From Isurus oxyrinchus (lineage: Eukaryota): a stretch of 64,000 nucleotides of DNA. Of the stretch, positions 48,618-61,949 are shown in pieces. The notes beneath the pieces are model-generated. The model did not search any database. It was given only the letters and a program-made list of their open reading frames with translations, and had not been told where the DNA came from. Numbering within the stretch: the stretch's first letter is position 1; every line of letters begins with the position of its first letter. The stretch lies in contig JANJGN010000008.1 of the NCBI GenBank assembly GCA_026770705.1, positions 18,724,001 to 18,788,000 of the forward strand, given 5' to 3'. The position numbers were made by a program, and so were the translations under genes.

Positions 48618-49218
48618 TACCAAGAAAACCATTTACTTCATTGTGCTACTCACATGATCAAAGCCAGGGCAATTAGACAAACAAATGACAATTTTGTCCA
48701 ACATTTGCAGATCTGGAAATAAATAATCTAACTTGTCTTCCAGATTTGGTGTGAAACATTTCATTTGTAATTTCACATTTAAAATCAATTGTCACACATT
48801 TTAGTTCTAATGTTCAAAATATGAATTGTTGGTCTGGACTCGTTTGTGGCCCTTTCAGATCAGAGTCAGAAGACGGGGGTTAAGAAGCCTTTCCAATCAG
48901 CAGTTAGAATGCAATTGCAGTAGGGGTCTGGATATCTAATCTCAACTGATTCTTCAGTCCATTCTGATGAAAGGTCATTTTGATCTCAAACATAAACTCT
49001 CTTTCTCTCCACAGATGCTGCCTGACCTGCTGAGAATGTCCAGTAGTTCTTGCTTTCATTTCAGATTTCCAGCAGCCACTGTATTTTGCTTTTGTGTATT
49101 TGATTTTTCATTTTTTTTGGAGGTGTCGTCATTTGAATGAGATGTTAATCTGATGCACTGTGGCTGCATGTTTTACAGAAGGCCAGGTTAGTGTGAGGCT
49201 AGTCCCATTCCAAGTTAT

Positions 49219-49533
49219 TTGGCACTTCTTAAAGGGGAGGTGTATTCTAACTGCTGCAGGTGCTGGACTTGGATGGGAGAGACATTTTTCAGCAAGAAGA
49301 AACTAAAGGATTGGGGCAGCAAGGTGGGGAGTGGGTTCTCAGATACAGCGCTAGATGTCTTAATGCAGGAGGTGGCAAGGAAGAGCGGTCATCTTTCCAC
49401 GGGGGTTAAGAAGCCTTCCCAATCAGCACTTAGAATGCAATTGGAGCAGATAGCTTCAGAGATCAATGCCAGGTTTCTGGCCCTGTGGATCCGGACACAG
49501 TGGCAAAAAAGGTTCAATGACCCCACACAAGTG
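49219..49533 (+). mobile_element. Harbinger Myb/SANT remnant (copy A)
   Basis: FSDTALDVLMQEV...LEQIASEINAR...RTQWQKRFND. Confidence 0.75.
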
Positions 49534-51715
49534 TCATAGAGTCATAGAGGTCTACAGATGACCCTGAGGCCCAACGAGTCTGCACCAGTCAAAAAAGTAC
49601 GTAACCATTCTAATCCCATTTTCCAGTCCTAGACCCATAGCCTTTTATGCCATTTCATCGTAAGCACATATCCAAATACTCCTTAAATGTGCTGAGGGTA
49701 TCTGCCTCTACCACCCTTTCAGGCAGAGAGTTCCCTATCTATGCCACTGATAATTTTATAAACCTCAATCATGTCCCCTCTCAATCTCCTCTGCACCAGG
49801 GAAAATAACCCCAGGCTATCCAATCTCTCCTCATAACTAAAATCCTCCAGCCCAGGCAACATCCTGGTAAATCTCCTCTGCACTCTCTCTGGTGCAAGCA
49901 CACGTTTCCCAAAATGCGGATTAGAGAACTGCGTGCAATACTCCAGCTGTGGCCTAACCAGCGTTTTATACAGTTCCAGCATAATCTCTCTGCTCTTATA
50001 TTCTATGCCTTGGCTAATAAGAGCAAGTATCCCATATGCCACCTTAATCGCCTTAGCTACCTCACCCGCTACCTTCGGGGATTGGTGGAAAACAAGGTCC
50101 CTCTGATTCTCGGTACTTCCCAGGGTCCTACCATTCACCGTGTATTCCCGTGCCTTGTTTGTCCTACCCAAGTGCATTACCTGTCACTTATCTGGATTAA
50201 ATTCCATTTGCCACTGATCAGCCCATATGGCCAGTCCGTCTATATCCTCCTGTAATCTAAGGCTATCCTCCTCACTATTTACCCCCCTCCAATTTTTGTA
50301 TCATCCATGAAATAACTGACCAACCCTCCCACATTCAAGTCTAAATCATTTATATATACCACACACAGCAGGGGACCCAACACTAATCCCGGTGAACCCA
50401 ACTGGACACAGGCATCCAGTCACAAAAACACCCCTCGACCATAACCGTCTGCTTCCTGCCACTCAGCCAATTCTGGATCCAATTTGCCAAATTGCCTTCG
50501 ATCCCATGGGCTTTTACCTTTGTTATCAGTCTCCCATGCGGGACCTTATCAAAAACCTTTTTGAAGTCTAAGTAGACTATATCAAATGCATTGCCCTCAT
50601 CTACACCTCCTCTTCGAAAAATTCAATCAAATTGATCAGACATGACCTCCACTTAACAAAACCACGCTGACTGTCTTTGATTAATCCCTGCCTCTCCATG
50701 TGTAGATTAATTCTGTCCCTCAGAATTGCTTCCAATAGATTCCCCACCACTGAGGTTAGACTGACTGGCCTGTAGTTCCCTGGTTTATCCCTTTTTCCCT
50801 TCTTGAATAATGGTACCACACTGGCTGTCCTCCAGTTCTGTGGCACCTCTCCTGTGGCCACAGAGGTATTGAATATTATTGCCAGCGCCCCTGCTATCTC
50901 CTCCCTTGCCTCACTCAACAGCCTGGGATACATTTCATCCAGGCTTGGAGATTTATCTACTTTTAAACCTGCCTGACCACTTGGAACCTCTTCCCTTTCT
51001 ATGCTAATTTCTTTAGCTATATCACAATCCTAATGCTTGATTTGCATACCCATGTTGTCCCTCTCACTTGTGAACACTGACACAACGTATTCATTCCGAA
51101 CCCTACCTACATCTTCAGGCTCCACACACAGATTACTACTATGGTCCTTAATAAGCCCTACTCTTACCCTAGTTATCCTCTTACTCTTAATGTACTTGTA
51201 AAATAACTTTGGATTTTCCTTTATGTTACCTGCCTGTGTTCCTTCATGTCCCCTTTTTGCTCTCCTAATTTCCTTTTCACATTATATACACATTATATAC
51301 ACCTTGAGGGCTTCCACTGTTTTCAGCCCTCGGTATCTACCATAAGGCTCCCTTTTTCTCTTTATCCAATCCTGCATATCCTTCAACATTCAGAGTTCCC
51401 TGGATTTGCTGGTCCCACCCTTTGTCTTTACTGAAATGTGTTGGCCCTGTTTCCTTCTTGAATGAGTCCCTCTGCTCCGATGCAGATTTACCTAAAAGTA
51501 GCTGCTCCCAGTCCAATCTGGCCAAATCATATCTGATCTTATTAAAATTGGCCTTCTCCCAGTTTAGAACTCTGATTTCTTGTCCATCCTTACCCTTTTT
51601 CATAACAACATTGAATCTAATGTAGTTATGATCACTATCTGCAAAATGCTCCCCCACTGATACCTCCACCACTTACCCAGCTTCATTTCCTAAAATTAAG
51701 CCCAGGACCTCTCTA
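49534..51715 (-). mobile_element. CR1 LINE, 5'-truncated
   Basis: ORFs 49719-50177, 50601-50933 and 51337-51672 (endonuclease C-terminus GEHFADSDHN through RT); (CTCTATGA)n tail at 49534. Confidence 0.92.
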
Positions 51716-51719
51716 GTAG

Positions 51720-52560
51720 GAACTTTATTGTAAGGGGATTGGACTGCAGGAATAAAGAAGTCTCGCGACAATTGTACACAGTTTTAGTGAGACCACATCT
51801 GGAATAGTGTTTGGAATTTTGGCCTCCATACATAAGGAAGGATAGATATCCTTGCATTTGAGGCAGTACAGTGAAGGGAGATTGGACCGGGGGATGAGAC
51901 GGTTGTTCTATGTTGAGAAGCTGAGTAAATTAGCTCTACACACTCTGGAGTTTAGGCAGACTGAGCAATAATCTTATTGAAATATGTAAAATGATGAAGA
52001 GACTTTACAGGGTAGATGCTGAGACTTTTTTCCGGAATCTTGTAGAGCTGACAGGGGTCTCACCCGCTAGCTGGAGAGCCAGCGAGATACCGGCATCACC
52101 GCATTTCAGGAAAGCCCGTCTCTTCTTGTTCCACTCAGGCACTTGGAAGACCTGCTGCTGGTCTTTAGTGAACCTGATGGGCTTTTACAAGAATATCAAA
52201 ATCCTGGAACTTGCTCCCTAATAGCACTGTGGGTGTACCTCCACCACATGGACAGCAGCGGTTCAAGAAGGCAGCTCACCACCACCTTCCCAGGGATAAT
52301 TAGGGATGGGCAATTAATGCTGGCCTAGCCAGCGACACCCACAACCTATAAATGATTTTTAAAAATTATAGCATTCTATGCTGGTTGTCATGGTCACCAT
52401 CACTGAGGCTAGCTTTTTTTTAAAAAAAAATCCAGATTTCTTAATTGCATTTAAATCCTATGAGTTGCCATGGTGGGATTTGAATCCCTGTCCCCAGATC
52501 ATTGGTCTGGGTCTCTGGATTACTGATTAGTGCCTTTAGCACTATGTCACCAACTCCCCA
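51720..52560. mobile_element. Patchwork of CR1, HER1 3' end and tRNA-SINE head fragments
   Basis: LVRPHLE-type CR1 remnant; HER1 tail at ~52195-52345; reverse B-box GGATTTGAATCC at ~52476. Confidence 0.6.
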
Positions 52561-53300
52561 GTAAGGGTTGAGCTGGTAGTGTGGGAAAGTAGCTGGTTAT
52601 GGAGCTTAGGTGGTAAGGAATGTGGGTAAGGGGGTAAGGTTATTGAGGTTAGAATGTTATTGCGTTAGGGTGGGGTGGGGGAAGGGTGTATGGGATAATT
52701 GGGTAAGGGGTAGGGTGGCAGGATGTCAGCTGAGTCTCGTGTCAGGGTGGCAGCTGAGGAGGATGGTAGGTGGGTAAGGTGACTGGTGGATGAGGTGGCA
52801 GGGTGACGGGTGGTTAAGGTGGTAGGTAGGGAGGGTTGCAAGGCGGCAGGGTGGTGAGGTGGCTGGGTGGCAGGTGAGTGATGTACGTATGGTGTCAGCT
52901 CGGTAGGGTGGCAGGTGCACGTGGTGGTTAGTTGGGCCAGGTGAGTCCAGCAGCAGGTCGGTGGGTAGCGAAGTATTGCCAGGTTAGGGGCTAGTCAGGT
53001 CGGCCTGCGAGGTAGTCAAGGAGTTGGGGGTAATCAGCTCATGGGTTCTGTTCATATAGAGTTGGGGGTGGTCATCTGGTGGTGGGGGCTACTCGGGGCA
53101 GGCTGTAAATAATTGGAAGGGATCGAGGGGCACTCCTGGAGTTGGAGGGTGTTGGGGGGTTCGGAGGGTGACAGAGGGATCGGGGGCATTCAGCAGGGTA
53201 AATGGGGTAGTCACAGTGGGCGGGAGCTGTGGGCTATGTGTCAGGGGCAGACAGGTGGGGCAGGATCAGTTGTGTAGTTAGCCAGCTGCTAGGCTTCCAT
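52560..53300. repeat. G-rich low-complexity tract with degenerate GGGTGGCAG units
   Basis: Dense GGG runs; the complement resembles the C/A-rich tracts at 21200-21530 and 21900-22040. Confidence 0.7.
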
Positions 53301-55230
53301 TTTTTTCCATCTAACATTTCCTGAGTAACTATCCGGATAAGTAAGTCGGAACTGTCCGAAGTCTCCTACTCTAACACAGTGTTGGAGACATTTTCAGAGG
53401 TTCCCTGGGAGCAGGGGAATTGCCCACCAGAACATCACACTTCTTGGACAATACATAAAGTGTCCTTGCTTTGCAACTTCATTGGATTGCATAGCGCAGC
53501 TTCCAGGTTACATCCAGTCTCTGCCGATCTGGAAATTGGACAATCTGGGCCTATATTTGAATATAACGGTTAGTCAAAGGTGATTTGGATCCTTACAAAT
53601 GGATGTGGGCAATAGTGTAAATGAAATAAGGAAATGGTAGAATTGCTGCATCAAGTCTTCACAGTAGTAAAATAGGGTAACGGATCTGACATTCGATGGA
53701 AACTAATAATAAATCAAGGATTGGAACTGAATAATATTAACAGAAGCAAGAATGCAGTATTAGAAATAACAATGGCACTAAAGACTGACAAATGCCCAGG
53801 ACCTGATGATTTCCACACTTGGGTTTTAGAGGAAAGATGAGGGGATTTTGCAAAAGCTTCAGCCATGATCTTCCAAAGATCTCTCGTTTCAAGAATTTCC
53901 CTTTAGGTTGGAAATCCTAAATGTAACTCTGTTATTTTTGAATGTGGAGAGAGAGAAAAACCATGAAATTGTAGATGTGATTAACTTAAGTTATGGAGAA
54001 GTTATAGAAATCTCTAATGAAGGGGAGGTTGACTGGACATTTAGAGAAAGTTGTCCTGATTAAAGAGAATCCACAAGGATTTGTGAAAAGTCAGTCGTTT
54101 CCAACAAAACTGTGTTTTTTGAGTAAGTAACTAAATTGTGATTCAGGAATATCTATGGGTTGTAGTTTTTTCTTTCTACAAAACAGTTTGCAGAGTTTTG
54201 AACCATGGAACAAACAACGCTAAATAAAGATTTCTGGAACATATAAATAAAAATACTTTTATTTAAACATCAGCAAGAGATTGCACATAAGCCTATAGAG
54301 ATCTAAATCTTTATTCAAAGATCATGCTGACTTTTACCAAAAATCCCATACATACGAATACCAGTGAGTAGTGAGTTCAGCAGTGATTCGACATAGCTGT
54401 TAAACTAGCAACTGACCAAGTTACTTCTTTGACTACAGCAGTGAGTAGCTTTACGGTTCACCTATTATACTTTTTCCTTGGACTGGGCTTGCATGTTAAA
54501 CTGACAGGACCTTAGGTCCTGTAAAAGTTCTGCTTAATACAAAATGTACAATAGTATGTTGAGTTCTTTGTCTAAAACCATGGAGTAAATGCCCACCCTC
54601 ACACATAATTCCCAAGCAATATGAGTTGTTTCACAGATTCTCTCATCTACCTGAAGATGCCATATTGGCCTCAAAATATTAACTCTGTTTCTCTCTCTCC
54701 AAAGATGCTGTCAGACTTGCTGGGTTTTTCCAGCATTTTCTATTCTTATCTCAGATTTCCAGCATCTGCAGTCTCTGCATTTACTCTCATGCACCTTATC
54801 AGGCTTAGGAATGTCTTGTACCAAGTACACTCTCAGTTGTTAACTCTTACCCAAAGACTTCCTTATCTGTGAGAAGCAGCTTGGATCATTCAGCAGGTTT
54901 TATTTTCCTTTGTAGAAGTTGTTTGGCCTTGCATTGCAGATAAAATTGGGTCATTTGTTAAGTTTGCTCAGCTTACAACAAAACTCTATATTCCTGTGGC
55001 AGTAATTTATATCAACATCTGGAAAGCATCAACATCTCCATAAGAGACTGTGAGCCAAAGTGAAAGCTTATGGTATTAATGAAAAATGATTGCTTAGACG
55101 ATTGTTTTATAAATTTTTGCCCTTGAGATTTAAGTTCTTCTGAATGTGGCCATACTGTTCCTGATTTACTGCCTCTCATCTTCTGTTATCTGGAGTTTGT
55201 CTGATTAACTGTGAGTTCTGCTATTTGAGA

Positions 55231-58200
55231 TCCTTCAGGGTGGCCAAGTTGTGTTATTAGTAATAGAGTTGATCTGCAGACACTTCATGGGTGGAAACAT
55301 TAATTTTTTCACAATATACTCAGCAGCAACTACACATGTGCTTTCAACTCCAACTCTATCTCTACACTGACTGCTGAGGTACCCGGACAACCCTTCTATT
55401 AGTTATCACCGACCATGTGCTCTTCCTTACAAGTGTTATTCTAAAAGGTACATTACACACTAAATAAATCCATTTTTACTATATTCCTCTTCCTCTAACT
55501 CAGCTATACATAATATATTTGCAAGTAGATATTTTCAAGTCAACTTAATATTATCACTGGGTAAGGAACTTACAAATTCAGTCTTTTAGCCGCTTTCCTG
55601 GTATGTGTGGAATGTCGTAGCTCTACAATTTAAAATTCTTTGTCAGGTACCTCCTTTTCTGGAGTTGCCTGAACATCAGATGCATCAGTAGGCACCTGCA
55701 GTTCTGTATCCTCAACTCTTACAGGAACATCAGATGTGTCAGCCCTGGGTTGAGTGTCCTCGGCAGAAACGCAGACCCGGTCGTGGTCATTGGTGGAACC
55801 ATATCTTCATGAGTTATTTATCTTCCTTAAATGGTCGACATGTTTATGGATGATCTGGCCTTCCATTTCTACACAGTAAGATGGAGCTCCAGTCACTGCA
55901 CTCATTTCACCCGGTAATCTTTTTTGTCCTTCCCCAAAGTTCTTCACGTATACCAGCTCTCCCATGGTGATTTCCCTCTCACGACTACTCAGCCATGTCT
56001 AATTTCCTGGCATCCTTTCTACCTTCCCTTCTAAATTCGGCATTATTAAGCCAAATCTCGTCCTGAGATGGTGTTTCAACAATAACTCCGCAGGTGTGGC
56101 ACCTGTTGATGTGTGAGGGGTAGTCTTGTAGTAAAATAGAAAGCGTGCTAGCTTGGTTGCCAAGGAATCACGAGTTAACTTTTTCATGCCTGTCTTGAGC
56201 ATTTGAACCGCCCTTTCGGCCAGTCCATTTGAGCAAGGGTGATACGGTGCAGTTTTCACATATCAGTGATACTGTTGAGGCTGATAAACCGCTGAAACTC
56301 AGCAGTCGTAAATGCCATGCCGTTCTCAGAAACCATTATCTGGTAGTCCGTGAATGGCGAAACTCTGACCTAGTTTCTCAATTGTAGCACCTGACGCTGT
56401 TCACTTCACCTCTTATACGTCCAAGCGTTTTGAATGGGCATCAACAAGGAACAGAAATATGTTCCCAGGAAAGGCCCAATGTAGTCAATGTGTAAACGCC
56501 CCCAGGGTCTACCTAGCCACTCCCATGGGTGTAACGGAGCTTTCACTGGCAACATTTGCAGGTGCTGACATTGAACACAGTGCTTTACTAAACTCTCTAT
56601 TTCACAATCCATCCCAGGCCATCAGAAAAAGCTGTGTGCTATGGTCTTCATTTGGGAAATTCCTGGGTCTGAACTGTGGAGTTCAATTAAAAGTGGCTCC
56701 CCACCCTTTGGAGGAACTATCTCTCATGCACACCACAATAGGATGTCATCCTGATGTCTTCTGTTGAAGCATGGCTTCATTTCATGAGATACAGGCTCCT
56801 TTGACCAACCATGTTGCACTTGTTCTCATATTTGAGTTAGGACTAGGTCCCGATTTGTCCAGTCTCTGAACTGTCGAGCACTTACCAGCAAAATATCTAA
56901 GAAATTTAACAGTACAACTATTTGCTGTGGAACTCGGAATTGCTCCTCATTTTCTTGTAAAGGAAAAAGACTAAGGGTATCGGCCCTTGCGATTTGATTG
57001 CCAGGCCTATGTAGGAAAGTGTATTCATATGCTGCCAGAATTAAGCTCCATCATTGTATTCTTGCTGAGGCTGTGGGTGACATCTCTTTTGCCACATTAA
57101 ACAAACCTAACAATGGTTTGTGGTTTGAAATATATGTAAAATGCCGGCCATGTACATACTGGTGAAATTTCTTGGCACCAAAGACTGCCCTTTTTCTATC
57201 AATGGGTATCCCTTTTCCACTGTGGTGAGGGTGCTTGATACATAACCTGTTGGATGTTTCTTGCCATCATCCATCTAATGTGATACCACTGCTCCCACTC
57301 CATAGGGAGATGCATCACATGTCAGCACAAATTCTTTCGCCTGGTCATATTGCACTCATAGATTGGACGAGCGCAACAATTTCTTCACCTTTATGTAGGA
57401 TTCTTTCTGGGGCACATCTCAAGAACAATGTTAGTTCTTTATGAGTGGGGATTGCAGTGGGCCAGCACAGTAGAAAAATTACATAAGAACCAACCTTAAT
57501 AGTCAATCATTCATGGGAATAATTTGATTTCTGAGGCGTTCTTTGGCGCAGGTGCCTGTCATAGGGCTTTCACTTTTACCTCAACCGGGTGGAGACCCTG
57601 TGAATCTACCCGGTGACCCAAATAGATTACCCCCCTTGGTTGCAATGTGCACTTTTCTTTCAAGCGCACACTTTAATCTCGCCCTTTTTTTGACTTCGCT
57701 ATTGGTTGGACTTCTCTCAGATGCAAGTTTAACTTGCCTAAACTCAATAGCCGAGTCTCCCAAAATGTCATTATCTGTCTGCTTTTTGGAAAATTCTGCG
57801 ACTTGCTCTTCCAAAGCCTCTTTGGCTTCATTTAGCTGATTCTTCAACTCTTCCATCTCCTTTTTGTATTTGTTTGCTGCCTCCTGGAAAATTGAACATT
57901 GTTGTGTCTTCTCTGCCAACTCATTCTTCAGTTTGTTCAGAGAGGTGCTGAATTCTTTCTGTTTCTCTTCATACTTTCCCAGAGGTACAAACTTTGACCT
58001 GAGGGAATCTTGTAGTGTGTGAAAGTCTTTTAACAGCTTTTCGTTTTCCCTTCAAAGGTTGCTCACATCATTTCGAACTCTGTCATCAAACAGGGTCTGT
58101 TTGAATTACTTCAGCTGTTCTTCCAGGTTTTGGTTTTAGACAGCCTGCATTTCTTCAGGTTGTTGAGTCCTTACACACTCCTTCGTCAAAACAGGAACAC

Positions 58201-59984
58201 TTCCAGCTTCCTTTTGGAATCTCAGTGGCCAATCACGGTTGATTTCCCTTCGACAATTTCACCATAGAGGGTTTGGTCCTCTGCCTCTCAATACCAACAC
58301 TGGTTGCTTTGTCGATTGGCTTCCATAATTGACAGTTACACTGCTTATGCCTTTTACTTGCCTGTCTTGACCTGTGCAAGTTCTTAGTTTGGTGGCTGCT
58401 CACTCCAAACTTAACTGATGTTCACTATTATTCAAATATCTGAAAGTATGTTCCCCGATTTTTCCTGTCCACTTCCATTTTAACAGATTTGCCATTTACT
58501 TTCGTTGTGAGAAATATTGCCTCTCTCTTTCCAATTTTCAGATTAAACAATGAGGAATTATCAGAATTTGTTCTTTCAGACTTTTCCACATTGTAGATTT
58601 CATTGGGCCTCTTCTTTTGTTTCCAAGTAGCTTGAATCTTTCCTTGCACTGCCTCATGATATGTCCATTTCTCTGACATTAGTAGCATTTGAATTTTTTA
58701 AACTGCCAATTGCTAAAAGACTTATTGTTTCCACCTCTATTAAAATTATTCTCCAATTTTGCTCCTCAGTTATTTTTCTTTATTCTTCAGCTAGCGGGGA
58801 CTGTTTCTGGCTTCCTAGCAGAGCCTTGCCTTTTTGCGCCACATTCAGTTGAGGTTTCCCATCCAATGTGGAAGACAATGCCATTTTGCATAACCTTTGT
58901 TGCTTGTGAATGTCTTAAAGTGCTTTCCATGGCCAGTGCTTTCTCTAGCACCTTCTTGAAATATGGATTCACTTCGGACAAAAATCTTTTCTGAATAGCA
59001 GCTTCTTTTACACCTCATACTAAACGGTCTCTGAGCATATTGTTCAGAGTCGTAGTGAACTCACAATGTTCTGTTAGCAGCTTCAAATTTCCCAGATAGC
59101 ATGCAATTGTCTCTCCTGGGGCTGTATTTCGCAAATTCAACCTAAATCTGTACATCATAACTGCGGGCTTGTGTTGAAAATGCCCCTTCACAAGGTTCAC
59201 CAATTCATCAAAGTTCTTCTAATCTGGGGCACTGGATGCCTTCAAACTGTGAATGAAATCATAGGTTTTGTTCCCACAAATACTCAAGACGATTAGTCGC
59301 TTCTTCTCTTCCCCTGTAATCTCTTTCACTTGATAAAAGAATGTAAGGCGTTCTATATATTGAGACCAATCATCTCTGGCTGGTTCAAAAGGATCAATTC
59401 TCCCAAACTGTGGCATTTTGTGGGAGCATAACTTCTTCAATTCTAACGGAGATTGCTAATTACAATCACTGGGTGAGGTACAGTGCCAATTTCTTTCTAA
59501 CTTGATTTCTTCTGTTTAATCCTGTTTTATCCTTGTCACCAGTTTGTTGTAGGGTGGCCTACAAGTTATATCTTTGGTAACAGAGTTGATCTGCAGACAC
59601 TTCTTGGATGGACATATTAAGTTTATTTACAATATACTCCATAGCAACTACACGTGTGCTTACTGCTCCAATCTATCTCTACACTAACTGATGAGGTACC
59701 TGCACTACCCTCCTATTGGTTACTGCAAATCATGTGATCTTCCTTACAAATATTATTCTTAAAGGTACATTACACACTGGATAAAAGCATAATTACTATA
59801 TTCCTCCCCTTCAACTCAGCTATACATATAATATTTACAAGAACATATTTTTCAAGACAAAATAATATTTACACTGGGTAAGCAACTTACAATTTCAGAC
59901 TTTCAGGTGACTTCCTGGTCCATGTGGAACATCGCAGCTCCACAACTTCAGATTCTTTGTCAGGTTATCTCCCTTCTGGAGTTG
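55231..59984 (-). mobile_element. Non-autonomous Gypsy element copy B with both LTRs
   Basis: 3' LTR ~55231-55483 with PPT at 55484; 5' LTR 59545-59800; PBS 59527-59541; gag, PRO (VKMEVD), RH, INT (TAPYHPCSNGLAERAVQ). Confidence 0.9.
57750..58165 (-). other. Captured coiled-coil coding segment (UACA-like) inside Gypsy copy B
   Basis: Same peptide as copy A; in frame with the upstream protease C-terminus. Confidence 0.7.
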
Positions 59985-60114
59985 TATATGTTAAATATAT
60001 ATATAATATAAGTATATATAAAATAACATCCCAAATGTGACCCCTTTTATCCCCATTACCAAATATTTTGATATTGATAAGTTCCCACTTTGATCTACAA
60101 TGTGTTTTCTATTA

Positions 60115-60335
60115 TGAGCCAATTTTCAGTCTCAGCTTGAATGTGAACAGCTCTGATCATGTCACAATCCAGAGCTGCAAAGAAAGCGGAAGTGCCTGTT
60201 CTGTGGTTTCACAAGAGAAAACGTCAATGAATTAATTGTGCAGGGTAAGGACTGAGAGTCTCAGTTTGTTGTATATCTCTGTCCTGGCAGCTTTGCTGCT
60301 CAGTCTCAGTGTTTCTGCAAGTCTCTTCCCACAAG
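60115..60335 (+). promoter_or_regulatory. Promoter plus first exon of Ig-receptor paralog 3
   Basis: Identical to 47296-47516; Ets 60186-94, RUNX 60202-08, donor G|GTAAGC at 60335/36. Confidence 0.65.
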
Positions 60336-61949
60336 GTAAGCAATCTAAATGTGGTCATAATTCTTCTTAATGTATTGATTTAGATGTGGTTTGAGTAATT
60401 GAATGCATTGCTCAAAGATCTGCTACTTTCTGAATGTTTACTCTTTCAAATCAGCTCTTCTGCTGCACCCTGTTCCTCATGAGACTAAACAAGGACATCA
60501 AGTGTCTGTTTAAATGGTTTCATCTTTTTCAGAAAACTCCAAGGAGGTTTCTTACAAATGAATGAATGAATGAGTGCCATCTGCCATTTTACACATTTTA
60601 ATCTCTCCTGCTTGTTGCCTGGCCAATGTAAGTTTTTTGGCTATAACTAGTTTTCGTTTCTCTAGTTTGCCATGTGATGTTCTGGTTCTGCTTGAGGTTT
60701 TGATTGGCCTTCAAACTGCTGTTGCCAATTCAATTCTTTAACTAATCCATGATGTCCAATTGAATTGAAAATGTCTCGTAGAAAAAAGAGAAGCTACAGT
60801 CACAAATGCAACGTAACAGAACAGATGAATCGTATGGACAAACTTGATTGGTTGTCTTTAACATGGGTGTGGCAGCTACCCCTAATTTTAAGTCAGATCC
60901 TCCAGTGAATATGATAGAGGAAAAAGCAGAAACTCTAAATGACGTAAGAATCTATCAACCTGTTACCTTCTAATTCAGCTTGGAAAGCAGGGCAATGACA
61001 TCTTGCAGCTTCATAATGTCAAAGTTTCCCTTTCTCAGCACAGTGCTTGTGATGTGGTACAATCCTCCCAATCTTACAAATCACTCTCAGACCTACTGTG
61101 AGTAGCACCATATCAGATACATTATCCTTCAAGTATGTAGTATGGAAATATATAATCAGGACGATTTGTCTCTTTAAAATGTTGGAAAATAATGTAATTG
61201 ATGGGCTTGTCTCACGTTTCCTGATTCTGGCCACGTGACTCTCCCGAAGCAGTAGATGATTATCTTCCTGTCACAGTTTTATATGAACCACATTGGGGAC
61301 TTAGGCAGATTGTTGAAGGATGTGGCTGTGGTTCATCTAAAACTGTGATACCAAGAAAACCATTTACTTCATTGTGCTGCTCACATGATCAAAGCCAGGG
61401 CAATTAGACAAACAAATGACAATTATGCCCAACATTTACAGACTTGGAAATAAATAATCTAACTTGTGTTCCAGAGTTGGTATGATATCATGTATATGTA
61501 ATTCCACATTTAAAAATCACTTTGCCAAACATTACAGTTGAATTATTCAAAATATGAAGTGTTGGTCTCGACTCATTTGTGGCCCTTTCTGATCAGTCAG
61601 AAGAATGTGAATCCCACTCCAGGGGTCTGGATATCTAATCTCGGCTGATTCTTCAGACCATTCTGATGAAAGGTCATCTCAAACTGAAACGTAAACTCTC
61701 TTTCTTTCCACAGATGCTGCCTGACCTGCTGAGTGTGTCCAGAATCTTTTGTTTTTATTTCAGATTTTCAGCATCCACAGTATTTTACTTTTGTATATTT
61801 AATATTCCATTTTATTTGGAGGTGACATCATTCGAATGAGATGTTAATCTGATGCACTTTAGCTGCATGCTTCACAGGAGGCCCAGGTTAGTGTGAGACT
61901 AGTCCCACTCTAAGTTATTTGGCTCTTCTTAAAGCCAACATTTATGTCT

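Larger units (their letters stand above)
43477..49533 (+). repeat. Segmental duplication copy A (matches 56262-62253)
   Basis: Continuous alignment at a ~12.7-12.8 kb offset covering the Gypsy element, promoter/exon 1, intron and Myb/SANT remnant. Confidence 0.95.
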
